Of a stretch of 64,000 bases of DNA, positions 48,615 to 58,307 are shown in pieces. The translations under genes were made by a program, and so were the position numbers. Under the pieces are notes generated by a model. It made no database searches. It saw only the letters and a list, made by a program, of their open reading frames with translations, and was not told the DNA's origin. Each line of letters begins with the position of its first letter. Position 1 is the stretch's first letter. The DNA is from Candidatus Krumholzibacteriia bacterium (GTDB taxonomy: Bacteria > Krumholzibacteriota > Krumholzibacteriia > Krumholzibacteriales > Krumholzibacteriaceae): the NCBI GenBank assembly GCA_963836185.1, contig CAWIIQ010000001.1:608001-672000 (forward strand). The letters run 5' to 3'.

Positions 48615-50852
48615 ATGAGAACGAGATTATTGCTGCTGTTTCTCGCCGTTATACTTGTGGCGGCTGTTTCGTCGGAAGCGTTCGCGCAGCGACCGACACC
48701 CGCCCCGAAAAAATACACCGTGTTTCCCACGGTCCCGACCGAGTTCGGATACGTGGGGCCTCCTCATGACCTGAGCCATATCCAGCCCTACGAGGTTCCA
48801 GGCGATATGCTGTTCGCGCCGGCCGCCTCGTGGGACTGGCGGACGATGAGCGGAGTGACGCCGGTAAAGAACCAGAACCCGTACGGGACATGCTGGGCTT
48901 TCGCCGCTCTCGGAGACCTCGAATCGAAGGTCCTTCTGAAAGAGAGCGTTGTCTACGACTACTCCGAACTGAACATCCAGGCATGTAACGTCACGTCGAA
49001 CGACTGCAACGCAGGCGGTAACGCGTGGATGTCGACCAACTATCTCGCTCTGCTCGGCTCGGTCGACGAGTCGTGCGACACATATCCAGGCGGGTGCCCG
49101 GCGCCGACCTGTATCAATCCTGCCTGCTCCTATCTCAAGCAGGTCACCGAGTGGAAGGTCATACCAAACGACGTCGACGCGATCAAGGCCGCGCTCCAGA
49201 CATACGGCCCTGTCTACACATCGATGTACGCCTCCTTCCCCGGATTCAGCACGTACAACGGCACCGGCTGCCTGAGCTACGCAGGCGGAGAGCAGACGAA
49301 CCACGGCGTGCTGATCGTCGGATGGGATGACGACCTCTGCGGCGCAGGAGTCGGCGGCTGGATCGTCAAGAACTCCTGGGGAACCTCATGGGGAGACAAC
49401 GGGTTCTTCAACATCGAATGGGGAACCGGCCTGGACGGACAGATAGGCGCCAACACGAATGTGATCACAAAGTTCAAGAACTACGATCCGAACAGGACCA
49501 CATACTACCACGATGACATGGGATGGTGGGGGTCTATCGGTTACGGCGACGGTCATGACTATGCCGTCGTCGAGATAACTCCCCAGATCACCGGCGAGTA
49601 TATTTACTCGCTCCATTTCTGGGCGACTGGCGGACCCACGACATACAGCCTCTCGCTGTACGACGATTTCAATGGATCGAGCGCGCCCACCACGCTTCTC
49701 GCCGGCCCCTTCTCCGGGACGGTCAACGAGGCGGGGTATTACACGATAGACCTTCCGACGCCCATTATGGTCACGTCCGGTGATCCGGTATATATCCATG
49801 CCGACCTCAACACTGGATCATATGCCTACCCGATCCCTTACGACGATACCGGCCCGATGGAGACGGACAAGAGTTTCCTCAGCAATACGGGCACTACGTT
49901 CTCCGCTCTCGACATGGGTAACTTCGAATATGGCGATATCGGCCTGCGTGCCACTCTCGGCCCGGAGCTGGTAGTCGGAGAGGTCATCATGGACGGTGAC
50001 CCCGGATTCTTCTACGGGTTCGGCCCCGATGCCACGATGATCAAGGGTGAGACCGCATGCTTCGGTCTCGCTCCTACGAACTTCGGCTTCCTCGCCGGCT
50101 CACTTTGCCCCGATCCGGACACATTCTGCGTCGTCCTTTCCGATGAGCTCGGCTGGACGATGACGAATCCCTGGATGGAAGAAGGGCCGGGACCGTTCAC
50201 ACTCGGCGCTGGCAACTACTGGCCGGATGAGACCTGTATAACGGTTCCCTGCTCGGTCACCGTCGGTACGACCAACATGGTCATCGCCATCCAGTGTTTC
50301 AGCGATGTGAACGGCGTATGCGCGCCTGAGGCCGGTGACTGCGAGGACAGCTACTACAGTGGCACACTTCGCCACTACATCGACACCCTGATGATCGAGA
50401 TCGTGGAGTCGCCACCAGCGCTGTCCATCCTTCAGGATACGCTGTACTTCATCGAGCAGGGCGTGACCGCCGGGTACATACCGTTTTCCATCTGCAACGG
50501 CGACCCGTGCGCTCCGCCGACCGATTATAACTACACGATCACGAGCCTCGGCCTCGTAGGCCCGGCGCTTGCCATGTCTGAGACGATCGTAGGCGTTACC
50601 GGCGGAACATGCGGGGACGTTTACGGTATCGTCAATGCGGGCGCTGCCGAAGTCTGCGATTACGACACCCTGACGATCATAGCATGGGATGCCGGCACCG
50701 GCACCGTATACGATACCTGCGTTCAGGCGATCCACGTGGTCGAGCCGGTTCCCGTACCGGTCTTCTCCGCGCCTGTCGTGACGCTGCTCGTGCTTGCCAT
50801 GATCACAGCGGCCGCGATAGTGATGAAGAGAGTTTCGGCCGGCAGATCCTGA
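48615..50852 (+). CDS. Papain-family (C1A) cysteine protease with lectin-like domain, Cys-rich domain and C-terminal membrane anchor
   Basis: WDWR, VKNQ...GTCWAF, YSE, CNAGG, NHGVLIVGWDD, WIVKNSWG..WGDNG; tail VPVFS+TM+KR. Confidence 0.93.
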   Translation: MRTRLLLLFLAVILVAAVSSEAFAQRPTPAPKKYTVFPTVPTEFGYVGPPHDLSHIQPYEVPGDMLFAPAASWDWRTMSGVTPVKNQNPYGTCWAFAALGDLESKVLLKESVVYDYSELNIQACNVTSNDCNAGGNAWMSTNYLALLGSVDESCDTYPGGCPAPTCINPACSYLKQVTEWKVIPNDVDAIKAALQTYGPVYTSMYASFPGFSTYNGTGCLSYAGGEQTNHGVLIVGWDDDLCGAGVGGWIVKNSWGTSWGDNGFFNIEWGTGLDGQIGANTNVITKFKNYDPNRTTYYHDDMGWWGSIGYGDGHDYAVVEITPQITGEYIYSLHFWATGGPTTYSLSLYDDFNGSSAPTTLLAGPFSGTVNEAGYYTIDLPTPIMVTSGDPVYIHADLNTGSYAYPIPYDDTGPMETDKSFLSNTGTTFSALDMGNFEYGDIGLRATLGPELVVGEVIMDGDPGFFYGFGPDATMIKGETACFGLAPTNFGFLAGSLCPDPDTFCVVLSDELGWTMTNPWMEEGPGPFTLGAGNYWPDETCITVPCSVTVGTTNMVIAIQCFSDVNGVCAPEAGDCEDSYYSGTLRHYIDTLMIEIVESPPALSILQDTLYFIEQGVTAGYIPFSICNGDPCAPPTDYNYTITSLGLVGPALAMSETIVGVTGGTCGDVYGIVNAGAAEVCDYDTLTIIAWDAGTGTVYDTCVQAIHVVEPVPVPVFSAPVVTLLVLAMITAAAIVMKRVSAGRS

Positions 50853-50878
50853 TGACCGGCACTTGACAGACCGACTCG

Positions 50879-50911
50879 AAGGGCGCGGAGCATCTGCTTC
50901 GCGCCCTTTTT
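50879..50911 (+). terminator. Rho-independent terminator
   Basis: AAGGGCGCGGAGC-ATCT-GCTTCGCGCCCTT-TTT. Confidence 0.8.
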
Positions 50912-50981
50912 GTCACCGGCCCCGTTGCATGCTTATCAAGAACGCGCCTTTCTGCTAGAATCTCCAGGAGGAGGGATACAT

Positions 50982-53900
50982 TTGGCGGGAAAGCTGTATA
51001 CATCGGGAGATTTCCGGCGTCTTGAAGAGGCGGCTGCCGGAGAGCTTCGCGTCCTCAGGGAAAACGACCGGGCGTCCGAAGCGATATTCGTCGCTGGATC
51101 CAACCTTCTCTGCTCATATCTGAAGAAGAGGCTGTCAGCCCTTCTCGGCGGGCTCTTTAACGTCCACTTCCTTACGATCCCCGACCTGGCATCCCTGGTG
51201 GATGAGCGTTCGGGGAACATGGCCCGGGACACTCTTTCCCCGCTCGCATCGCGGGTCCTTCTCGAGGAGCTTGCCGCGGGAGAGGTCCCCCGTTGTTTCT
51301 CTGAAGTCGCCATGACGGGAGGATTCGTGTCGGCCCTCCAGTCGACCTTTACCGACCTCTCCGAGGGAGGGTGCGGGGCTGTCGAAGCGAGGAGGATGAT
51401 CGAAAGCGGGGATCCCGGCCTCCGGTCTGAGAGGGTCCGGGGAGTGCTTGAGATGTACTCCCGATACAGGGATATGGTCGAGTCCCGGGGCGGCGACATG
51501 CATACACGTTTTTCAGCCGCTGCACACTCCGCCGCCGCGGCCCTCAGGGGATGCGCGGTATTCGCGTACGGATTCTACGATCTAAACGAGCTTCAGTATC
51601 GGTTGCTGGCCGCAGCTATGGAAGAAGGCCGGTCGGCAGTCTTCGTTCCGTGGTGCGAGGATCCCTCGTGCCGTTTTGCGTCGCCGCTTGTCGAGCGGTT
51701 CCGCGGTATGGGTTACGAAGAGACGGCTCTTGGCAGCGGTGAACGGGCCGTTCCCGAAACGGAACTCTTCAATGCCCCCGACGCCGTGGAAGAGGCGAGG
51801 GAGGTCGTCAGGCGGATCATCGAGATGCGCGAGGCAGGCGGTCCACGGTTCGGCGAGACGGCGATACTTCCATGGTCGAGAGGCGACTGGCCGCCACTGC
51901 GCGAGGCGCTTGAAGAGGCGGGGATCCCGTGGTATTCACGGATCGGCTCATACAAGGCCGCAGATCCGGTGAGGACGGGGGCGATAAGGCTTCTCGATAT
52001 ACTCTGCGGAGATGGCGGCCGGAGTGAACTGGTCGATTTCCTCATCTCATCTCCGGTAGCGGCGCGAGGCGGCGAAGGAGCCGGCACCGATCCTTTCGCC
52101 CTGTGGGTCCGCCTGAGCGCTGGAGAGGGTATGAGGGGAGAGGCTGGATGGGCCCAGGAGAACGAACGGCTTCTCGATAAAGTCAGGCGGCATGAAGAGG
52201 AGGAAAAGAACAGGAACGGCGTGCGCTGGTCGGAGATACTCACCCCTGCCGTCGAAGCGATCTCATCTATCGAACGAGCGCGTGCATCATTCGAGGACTG
52301 CGGCGACTGGAGCGGATTCTCTGCGGCTTTCGCCGGCGCCATCAGCGGCCTCTTCGATGGTGAATCGGCGGAAGACGTGGTACGGACGGTAAGCGGGCTC
52401 GCTTCCCTCGACAGGATATCCTCCTCGTGCGACGCTGGAAGGTTCAGGAGGATCGCGTTGGCGTCCCTCGAAGGCGGATCGGAGAAGGAGGGAAAGTTCG
52501 GAGGCAAAGGGGTAAATGTCATCCTGGCGAGCCGCGCGCGCGGGCTGCGGTTCGAAGTCACATTCATGACGGGGCTCAGGGAAGGTTCCGTCCCCGGGAA
52601 GGTCAGGCAGGATCCTTTTATAAAGGACCCGGAGCGCGAGTCGATATCGAGGATCACGGGGGGCGGAGTGAGGCTTTCGCTAAAAGGAGGGCGGCTTGCG
52701 GAGTCGGCGATGATCTTCGGCATGGCGTGCTCGTCGGCTTCGGGCAGGCTCGTATGCAGCTGGCCCAGGATGGAAACGGGCGGAAACAGGGAATACATAG
52801 CCACTTCATATCTGAGGTTCGTGCCGGGGCTCCCGGCCGCGCCGTCGGCACGCTCCACTGCGGCCGTCCGTATTCCCCTGCGAGGCAGGCCGGAAGGGAT
52901 GGAGGTGCCGCTGGGGGAGGAAGATTACGATTTCCTCATGTCAGGCCGCAGGCTGGGAAAGACCGTTCACTATCCTTCATCCATATTTTTCAGAACGGGG
53001 ACCGAGCTGATCAGGTCACGCTGGGGCACGAGAAGGTTCACCCCGTATGACGGCGTCTTCGAATCCCCCCGCGCTCTTGCGGAGGTCGATGCCGCCATGG
53101 CTGAAAAGGGCTGGAACCTCTCTGCCACGACTCTTCAGGCCTGGGCGGAATGCCCATTCGCCTTTCTCGTAGAAAAACTGATCGGGATAGAATCGGTCGA
53201 GGAGCCTGAAAGGGAGTTGACGATCGATCCGATGCAGAGGGGTACGCTTACGCATCTCGTTCTCGAACGACTTTACGGCGAGCTTTCCGGTATGCGCGTT
53301 TTCCCCCTTTCCCCGGCTGCCCTTCCCGCCGCCCTCGAAGCGGCGCAGCGGGTGACTCGTGAGGTCCTTGACAGCTACGAGTCGACAGAGCCGGTAGGCC
53401 ATCCACTTCTCTGGGAATACGAGCGGGAGACGATTGCGGCGTCGGTAAGGGAACTTCTCGCCGATGAGGCCCGTGAGGAGAGCGGAGCGGTGCCAACGAT
53501 GTTCGAGGCGTGGTTCGGCGGCAGGACCCCCGATGAGGCGGTCACATTCAACGCGGGCGGCAGGACCCTCTCTTTCCACGGCAAGATAGACCGCATCGAT
53601 ATCACTCCAGGCGGGGGCTACCTGGTCATCGACTACAAGACAGGCAGGATCATGGCAAAGGACCAGGACTTCGGCGGCGGCAGTTACCTGCAGCTCCCCG
53701 TATACCTTCTCGCCGCTTCTGATCTGCTCGGCGTTCCGATCGAAAAGGGAAGGGCCATGCTCAGAAGGGTAGGCACGGGCGACAGCAGGAAGAAGGCTGT
53801 CTTCTCCGGGGCGGACTGGAACAGGGACGGGAAGGTATTCGCCGATGTCCTCGGCGTGATAGTAAACGGCATAACCTCGGGATACTTCTTCGGGTCTCCG

Positions 53901-54035
53901 CCGGGGACGCACTGCGATTACTGCGGTGTAAAGCAGGCATGCCCGACGGGGAGGGGATTCCTCTTCGTCACCAAAGCGGCGGGAGATGACAGGGCCCTCG
54001 AATACCTCGACATGAAGGGGCTGACGATTGAATAG
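50982..54035 (+). CDS. addB: AddB-like inactive helicase/PD-(D/E)XK nuclease subunit
   Basis: ARGLRF, SAT....ECPF, RGTLTH, GKIDRID, IDYKTG, LQLPVY, CDYC.....C iron-staple cysteines. Confidence 0.88.
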   Translation: MAGKLYTSGDFRRLEEAAAGELRVLRENDRASEAIFVAGSNLLCSYLKKRLSALLGGLFNVHFLTIPDLASLVDERSGNMARDTLSPLASRVLLEELAAGEVPRCFSEVAMTGGFVSALQSTFTDLSEGGCGAVEARRMIESGDPGLRSERVRGVLEMYSRYRDMVESRGGDMHTRFSAAAHSAAAALRGCAVFAYGFYDLNELQYRLLAAAMEEGRSAVFVPWCEDPSCRFASPLVERFRGMGYEETALGSGERAVPETELFNAPDAVEEAREVVRRIIEMREAGGPRFGETAILPWSRGDWPPLREALEEAGIPWYSRIGSYKAADPVRTGAIRLLDILCGDGGRSELVDFLISSPVAARGGEGAGTDPFALWVRLSAGEGMRGEAGWAQENERLLDKVRRHEEEEKNRNGVRWSEILTPAVEAISSIERARASFEDCGDWSGFSAAFAGAISGLFDGESAEDVVRTVSGLASLDRISSSCDAGRFRRIALASLEGGSEKEGKFGGKGVNVILASRARGLRFEVTFMTGLREGSVPGKVRQDPFIKDPERESISRITGGGVRLSLKGGRLAESAMIFGMACSSASGRLVCSWPRMETGGNREYIATSYLRFVPGLPAAPSARSTAAVRIPLRGRPEGMEVPLGEEDYDFLMSGRRLGKTVHYPSSIFFRTGTELIRSRWGTRRFTPYDGVFESPRALAEVDAAMAEKGWNLSATTLQAWAECPFAFLVEKLIGIESVEEPERELTIDPMQRGTLTHLVLERLYGELSGMRVFPLSPAALPAALEAAQRVTREVLDSYESTEPVGHPLLWEYERETIAASVRELLADEAREESGAVPTMFEAWFGGRTPDEAVTFNAGGRTLSFHGKIDRIDITPGGGYLVIDYKTGRIMAKDQDFGGGSYLQLPVYLLAASDLLGVPIEKGRAMLRRVGTGDSRKKAVFSGADWNRDGKVFADVLGVIVNGITSGYFFGSPPGTHCDYCGVKQACPTGRGFLFVTKAAGDDRALEYLDMKGLTIE

Positions 54036-57000
54036 CGGCAGAAAGAGACCGGTCGATCACGAGGCCAGGCAGCGGGCGATATCTGATCTCGATACCTCGT
54101 TCTGTCTCGAGGCCGGAGCGGGAACGGGCAAGACGACGATCCTTGTCGAGAGGTTCCTTTCGATTATCCGGAGCGGCAGGGCCGAGTGCTCTACCGTAGC
54201 GGCGATCACATTTACAGAGAAAGCCGCATCCGAGATGAAGGACAGGCTCTTCTTCAGGATCGAGGATCTCCTCGAGGGGAAGGATCTCTCCGGTGAAGAG
54301 AGGCCGCGCCTCGAAAAAGCGAGGGACGACCTTGAAAGGGCCCAGATATCGACGATCCATGCCTTCGCCGCGGCGATACTCAGGGAGTTCCCTCTCGAGG
54401 CAGGTATAGATCCTGATTTTCAGCAGCTCGATGGTTTCGACTCGTCGATCTTCGAGGATGAATGTTTCAGCGAGTTTCTCGGTCACGCCGACAAAAGACA
54501 TGAAGAGGCTCTGCGAAAGCTCATGCCGCTCGGCCGGCCGGCCCGCTGTATCGAGATGTTGAGAGAATTGACATTTTTTGATTATCACAACAGGTCGTCG
54601 TTCGCCCTTGGCGGCATCTTCGATGACCCCGCGGTGCCGGGCGGCAGGGAGGAAGCGGGCCGGCGGCTCGATTCAACCGCGCACAGGGAGTATCTCGTCT
54701 CATCCGCTTCACGTCTGATGGATCTCGCCCGCACGGACTGCATCTCGCACGGCGATGCCGGCTTCGATGAGATAAGCGCTTTTTTCGATGAGGTCCAGCA
54801 CCTCGTCCCGCTCGAGGGCCTTGCGCTGGCGGCACGCATCCTGGCCGTTGCGCCGCCCAGGCCGAAGGGGAACCAGAAGAACTGGGAGCCTGCCGAATCG
54901 TGCAGGCTGCAGAAGAGTCTCTGCAGGGAGATAGCCGCTGCCCACGAGGAATATTGCGCCGCCTACATGGACGATCTGCGCGACGCCCTTTCCGGATGGT
55001 GCGATGATTTCGCCGAGTTTGCCGAAAGGAAGAAGAGAAGGGGAGGGGTGCTCGATTTCGACGACCTTCTCATCGGGGTGAGGAGGCTTCTCGATAACAC
55101 TGCCGCGCTCGAGACGATCCGCCGCCGCTACCGTTATATACTGGTCGATGAGTTCCAGGATACCGACCCCCTTCAGGCCGAGATCATCATGCTCCTGGCG
55201 GGAAGGCCGGGTTCTTCCGGGATCGATCCGGAGCCCGGCAGGCTGTTTGTGGTCGGAGATCCGAAGCAGAGCATATACAGGTTCCGCAGGGCGGATGTCG
55301 AGATATACGAGCTTGTCAAGGAAGCGATCGCGGGTGCGGGAGAGCTTCTCAATATAACGCAGAACTTCAGGTCGGTGCCGGGCGTCATCGACTGGGTGAA
55401 CCAGGCTTTCTCCGCACTGATAAAGCAGCCTGACGATGGAAGGTACATGCCGCGGTACGAACCGGTTCACGCGATGCGCGAGGGGGACGGGCCGGCAGTC
55501 TTTCATCTCGATCTCGAGACGGACACTGTGAAATCTGACGATTTCCGCCGCGAGGAAGGTGAGGCCGTGGCGAGATTCATATGGGATCTCGTCGACTCGG
55601 GAAAAGAGGTGCTCGATCCGCTGACGCGCCTGAGAAGGCCGGTCAGGTTCGGCGACATCGCACTGATCTACAGGAGCACGACCGGGATCAACCACTACGA
55701 GGATCCGCTGCGCGAGGCGGATATCCCCTATCTCGTCGAAGGGGGAAAGCTCTATTTCACGAGGCAGGAGGTCCGCGATATCTCCAACGCTGTCTGGGTG
55801 ATCGAGGACCCGTTCGATTCGGCGGCCCTGCTCGCCGCGCTGCGCAGCCCGATGTTCGGATTCAGCGACGAGGAGATCTTTCTCTACAGGAGGGCAGGTG
55901 GAAGGCTCGACTATCTGAATCCTGAAGTCCCCGAAGATGCCGGGTTCGACACCTTCCGGGAAGCGTTCAGCCTGCTTGCCGGGCTCCACTCGGAACGAAA
56001 CAGCGCGGGGCCAGTGTCGACGCTCAGCAGACTGCTCGCCCGCACTGGATACCTGTCCACATCGAAGCTGAGGGTCCACGGCGATCAGCGTGTCCTCAAT
56101 CTGCGCAAGGCTATCCAGACAGCAAGGGTCTTCGAGGAGAAGGTCCTTTCATTCAGGCACTACGCGAGATGGATGAGGGACCAGGACATCCTTGGGGCCG
56201 CCGAGGGAGAATCGCCCGCGATAGACGAGGGGGAGAACGCGGTACGTATGATAACGATTCACAAGGCGAAAGGGCTGCAGTTCCCCGTCGTCATCCTCGT
56301 CAATCTCATCCAGGCGATGCGCGGCGCCGACGACTTCATCCCGCGGCAGGGCGGGATGCCGGCTTTGAGGATATCGGGCCGGAGGACGAGCGATTATCCC
56401 GATGCGTCCCTGCGCGAGGAAAGAATGAACACAGCCGAGACTGTCAGGATGCTCTACGTCGCGGCGACGCGCGCGGGGGACATGCTCGTCATCCCTCGTT
56501 CCCCCGGGACAGGCCGCGGCAGGCCGAAGCTCTACAGTTTTCTCGCCGAAGCTCTCTCCGGCGTCGATACGGCACGTCTGCGGGATCTTTCCGTACTGCC
56601 TTCCGGGGAGGGGCCATTTACAGTCATGCCTGAGGTCACGCCGGAAAATACGGCCGCCGGTGAGGCCGCGCGGACGAGATGGGCGGCGGCCAGGAAGGAA
56701 CTTCTCGAGAGCTCTCCGCCGGGACCAGTGAGCGTCAGTCCATCGGGGCTCGAGCGGTACGAGGTCAGAGGCGATATCTTCGACGGGCCGGACAGGGGAT
56801 CGGCGCTCCTCTTCGGGACGGCCTTCCACAGGATGATGGAACTGGCGCTTCAGCGGCATCGCCCTGTCGGAGTGGAGGATGCGGCTCGCGAGGCGGCGAT
56901 CGAATGCGGGGCGGAAGAGATGGAGGAAGAGATGCTCGCCCTCGGCACGAAGGCTTTCCGGTCCGGCCTGATGAAGGAAGCGGCTGAGGCTAAGACCCTG

Positions 57001-57339
57001 ATGGTCGAGCCGCCGTTCAACCTTCCCGTTGAGGGAGGTGCCCTCGACGGGAGGATCGATCTCGTATTCGAGCGTGGCGGCTCCTGGACGGTGGTCGATT
57101 TCAAGACCGATGACATCAGGCCGGAAGATGTGCCTGAGCGCCTCACCACATACAGGCCGCAGGGCGCGGCCTACGCCTTGGCGCTCGACTGCCTCGGGAT
57201 ATCGCCTGTCGGGAGGGTCGTCTTCTATTTTGTGAGGCCCGGCGTGGAGATGTCGATAGAGGCCGGCCCCGATCTTCTTGCCGAAGGCAAAGGACTGGTC
57301 ATGGCTGCTGTTGCTGCAGAGCGTCCTTCTCATCCCTGA
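54028..57339 (+). CDS. addA: AddA-like UvrD helicase/nuclease
   Basis: AGAGTGKT, TFTEKAA, TIHAF, DEFQDT, VGDPKQSIYRFR, NFRS, TIHKAKGLQF, YVAATRA, GRIDL..DFKT. Confidence 0.92.
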   Translation: MNSGRKRPVDHEARQRAISDLDTSFCLEAGAGTGKTTILVERFLSIIRSGRAECSTVAAITFTEKAASEMKDRLFFRIEDLLEGKDLSGEERPRLEKARDDLERAQISTIHAFAAAILREFPLEAGIDPDFQQLDGFDSSIFEDECFSEFLGHADKRHEEALRKLMPLGRPARCIEMLRELTFFDYHNRSSFALGGIFDDPAVPGGREEAGRRLDSTAHREYLVSSASRLMDLARTDCISHGDAGFDEISAFFDEVQHLVPLEGLALAARILAVAPPRPKGNQKNWEPAESCRLQKSLCREIAAAHEEYCAAYMDDLRDALSGWCDDFAEFAERKKRRGGVLDFDDLLIGVRRLLDNTAALETIRRRYRYILVDEFQDTDPLQAEIIMLLAGRPGSSGIDPEPGRLFVVGDPKQSIYRFRRADVEIYELVKEAIAGAGELLNITQNFRSVPGVIDWVNQAFSALIKQPDDGRYMPRYEPVHAMREGDGPAVFHLDLETDTVKSDDFRREEGEAVARFIWDLVDSGKEVLDPLTRLRRPVRFGDIALIYRSTTGINHYEDPLREADIPYLVEGGKLYFTRQEVRDISNAVWVIEDPFDSAALLAALRSPMFGFSDEEIFLYRRAGGRLDYLNPEVPEDAGFDTFREAFSLLAGLHSERNSAGPVSTLSRLLARTGYLSTSKLRVHGDQRVLNLRKAIQTARVFEEKVLSFRHYARWMRDQDILGAAEGESPAIDEGENAVRMITIHKAKGLQFPVVILVNLIQAMRGADDFIPRQGGMPALRISGRRTSDYPDASLREERMNTAETVRMLYVAATRAGDMLVIPRSPGTGRGRPKLYSFLAEALSGVDTARLRDLSVLPSGEGPFTVMPEVTPENTAAGEAARTRWAAARKELLESSPPGPVSVSPSGLERYEVRGDIFDGPDRGSALLFGTAFHRMMELALQRHRPVGVEDAAREAAIECGAEEMEEEMLALGTKAFRSGLMKEAAEAKTLMVEPPFNLPVEGGALDGRIDLVFERGGSWTVVDFKTDDIRPEDVPERLTTYRPQGAAYALALDCLGISPVGRVVFYFVRPGVEMSIEAGPDLLAEGKGLVMAAVAAERPSHP

Positions 57340-58108
57340 GCTTTTCAGACAATATCTTCGCCGCTTTCCTGCCCGAGAGGAGCATTCCGCCGAATATAGG
57401 CCCCATGCGGTACGAGCCGAACGAGGCGTTGGCGCACATTCCCGCCACGTAAACGTTGGGGAAGATCTCCCTCGTGTTCTCGATCGTGGTCTGCTCGGCC
57501 CTGTCGGCCCAGAGCGAGCGCTCTCCCTCTATCTTTCCGGTCGGCGTCAGAAGCCGCGTGTCGACCTTTCGCTCTATGACACGCACTACCTCGGCCGGGT
57601 GTCCCGTCGAATCGATGATGAATCTGGTGTCGACGGTGAGAGGATCGACATGGAGCCCGGCCATCTCCACGGCGGTCCAGTTGATGACTACCCCCACCGC
57701 CTTGCTTTCCTTGAGGATGATATCCTCGACACTTATGAGGTTGAATATCTTCGCGCCGTTCTTGCATGCGCGGGCCCCGAGCGAGCAGACGGCCTCGATC
57801 GAGTCGGCCGTATGGTATCCCTTCTTGAACGGTTTCGTATTTATACCGAACTCGTCGAGGATCTCCTTGCCTTCATCCTGCACGACGATCTCGTTCATCA
57901 TCATCCCGCCGCCCCACATCCCGCCGCCAATGCTCAGCTTTCTCTCGAAGAGGCATGTTTTCCAGCCACCGCGGGCGAGGTCGGCCGCCGCGACGAGGCC
58001 GGCGGGCCCCGCTCCGACTATCGCCACGTCACAGCTCACCGCGTCGAGAAGTTTGTCCGTATAACTCTTTATGATAGCTTCTGTTATTGTTCTTTCGCTT
58101 AGGGGCAT
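57299..58108 (-). CDS. thi4: Sulfide-dependent (His-type) ADP-thiazole synthase
   Basis: VGAGPAG, GGGMWGGG, INW....LHVDP, DSTGH, RMGPIFGGMLLSG. Confidence 0.93.
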   Translation of the reverse strand: MPLSERTITEAIIKSYTDKLLDAVSCDVAIVGAGPAGLVAAADLARGGWKTCLFERKLSIGGGMWGGGMMMNEIVVQDEGKEILDEFGINTKPFKKGYHTADSIEAVCSLGARACKNGAKIFNLISVEDIILKESKAVGVVINWTAVEMAGLHVDPLTVDTRFIIDSTGHPAEVVRVIERKVDTRLLTPTGKIEGERSLWADRAEQTTIENTREIFPNVYVAGMCANASFGSYRMGPIFGGMLLSGRKAAKILSEKLRDEKDALQQQQP

Positions 58109-58307
58109 CGAGCGGTCCTCCCTCTGATGGCTCTTGTCTGAGACGACGTGATCGGGCAATTCACTTGTAATCGACAGCGGCCTGAGGGTCAAGGCAAATC
58201 AGAGCGCGCGAGGGGCACGATCACTCTTTCATCCACTCGCGTATCGACTTATGTTATCATTGCATCCGGAAGGCATACAGATGACCGGGAGATCGGAGAG
58301 ACGGTAA

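Noticed and set aside
50982-57339. Novel helicase-nuclease defence system or Cas4
   Set aside because: Order, sizes and motifs match housekeeping AddAB recombinational repair.
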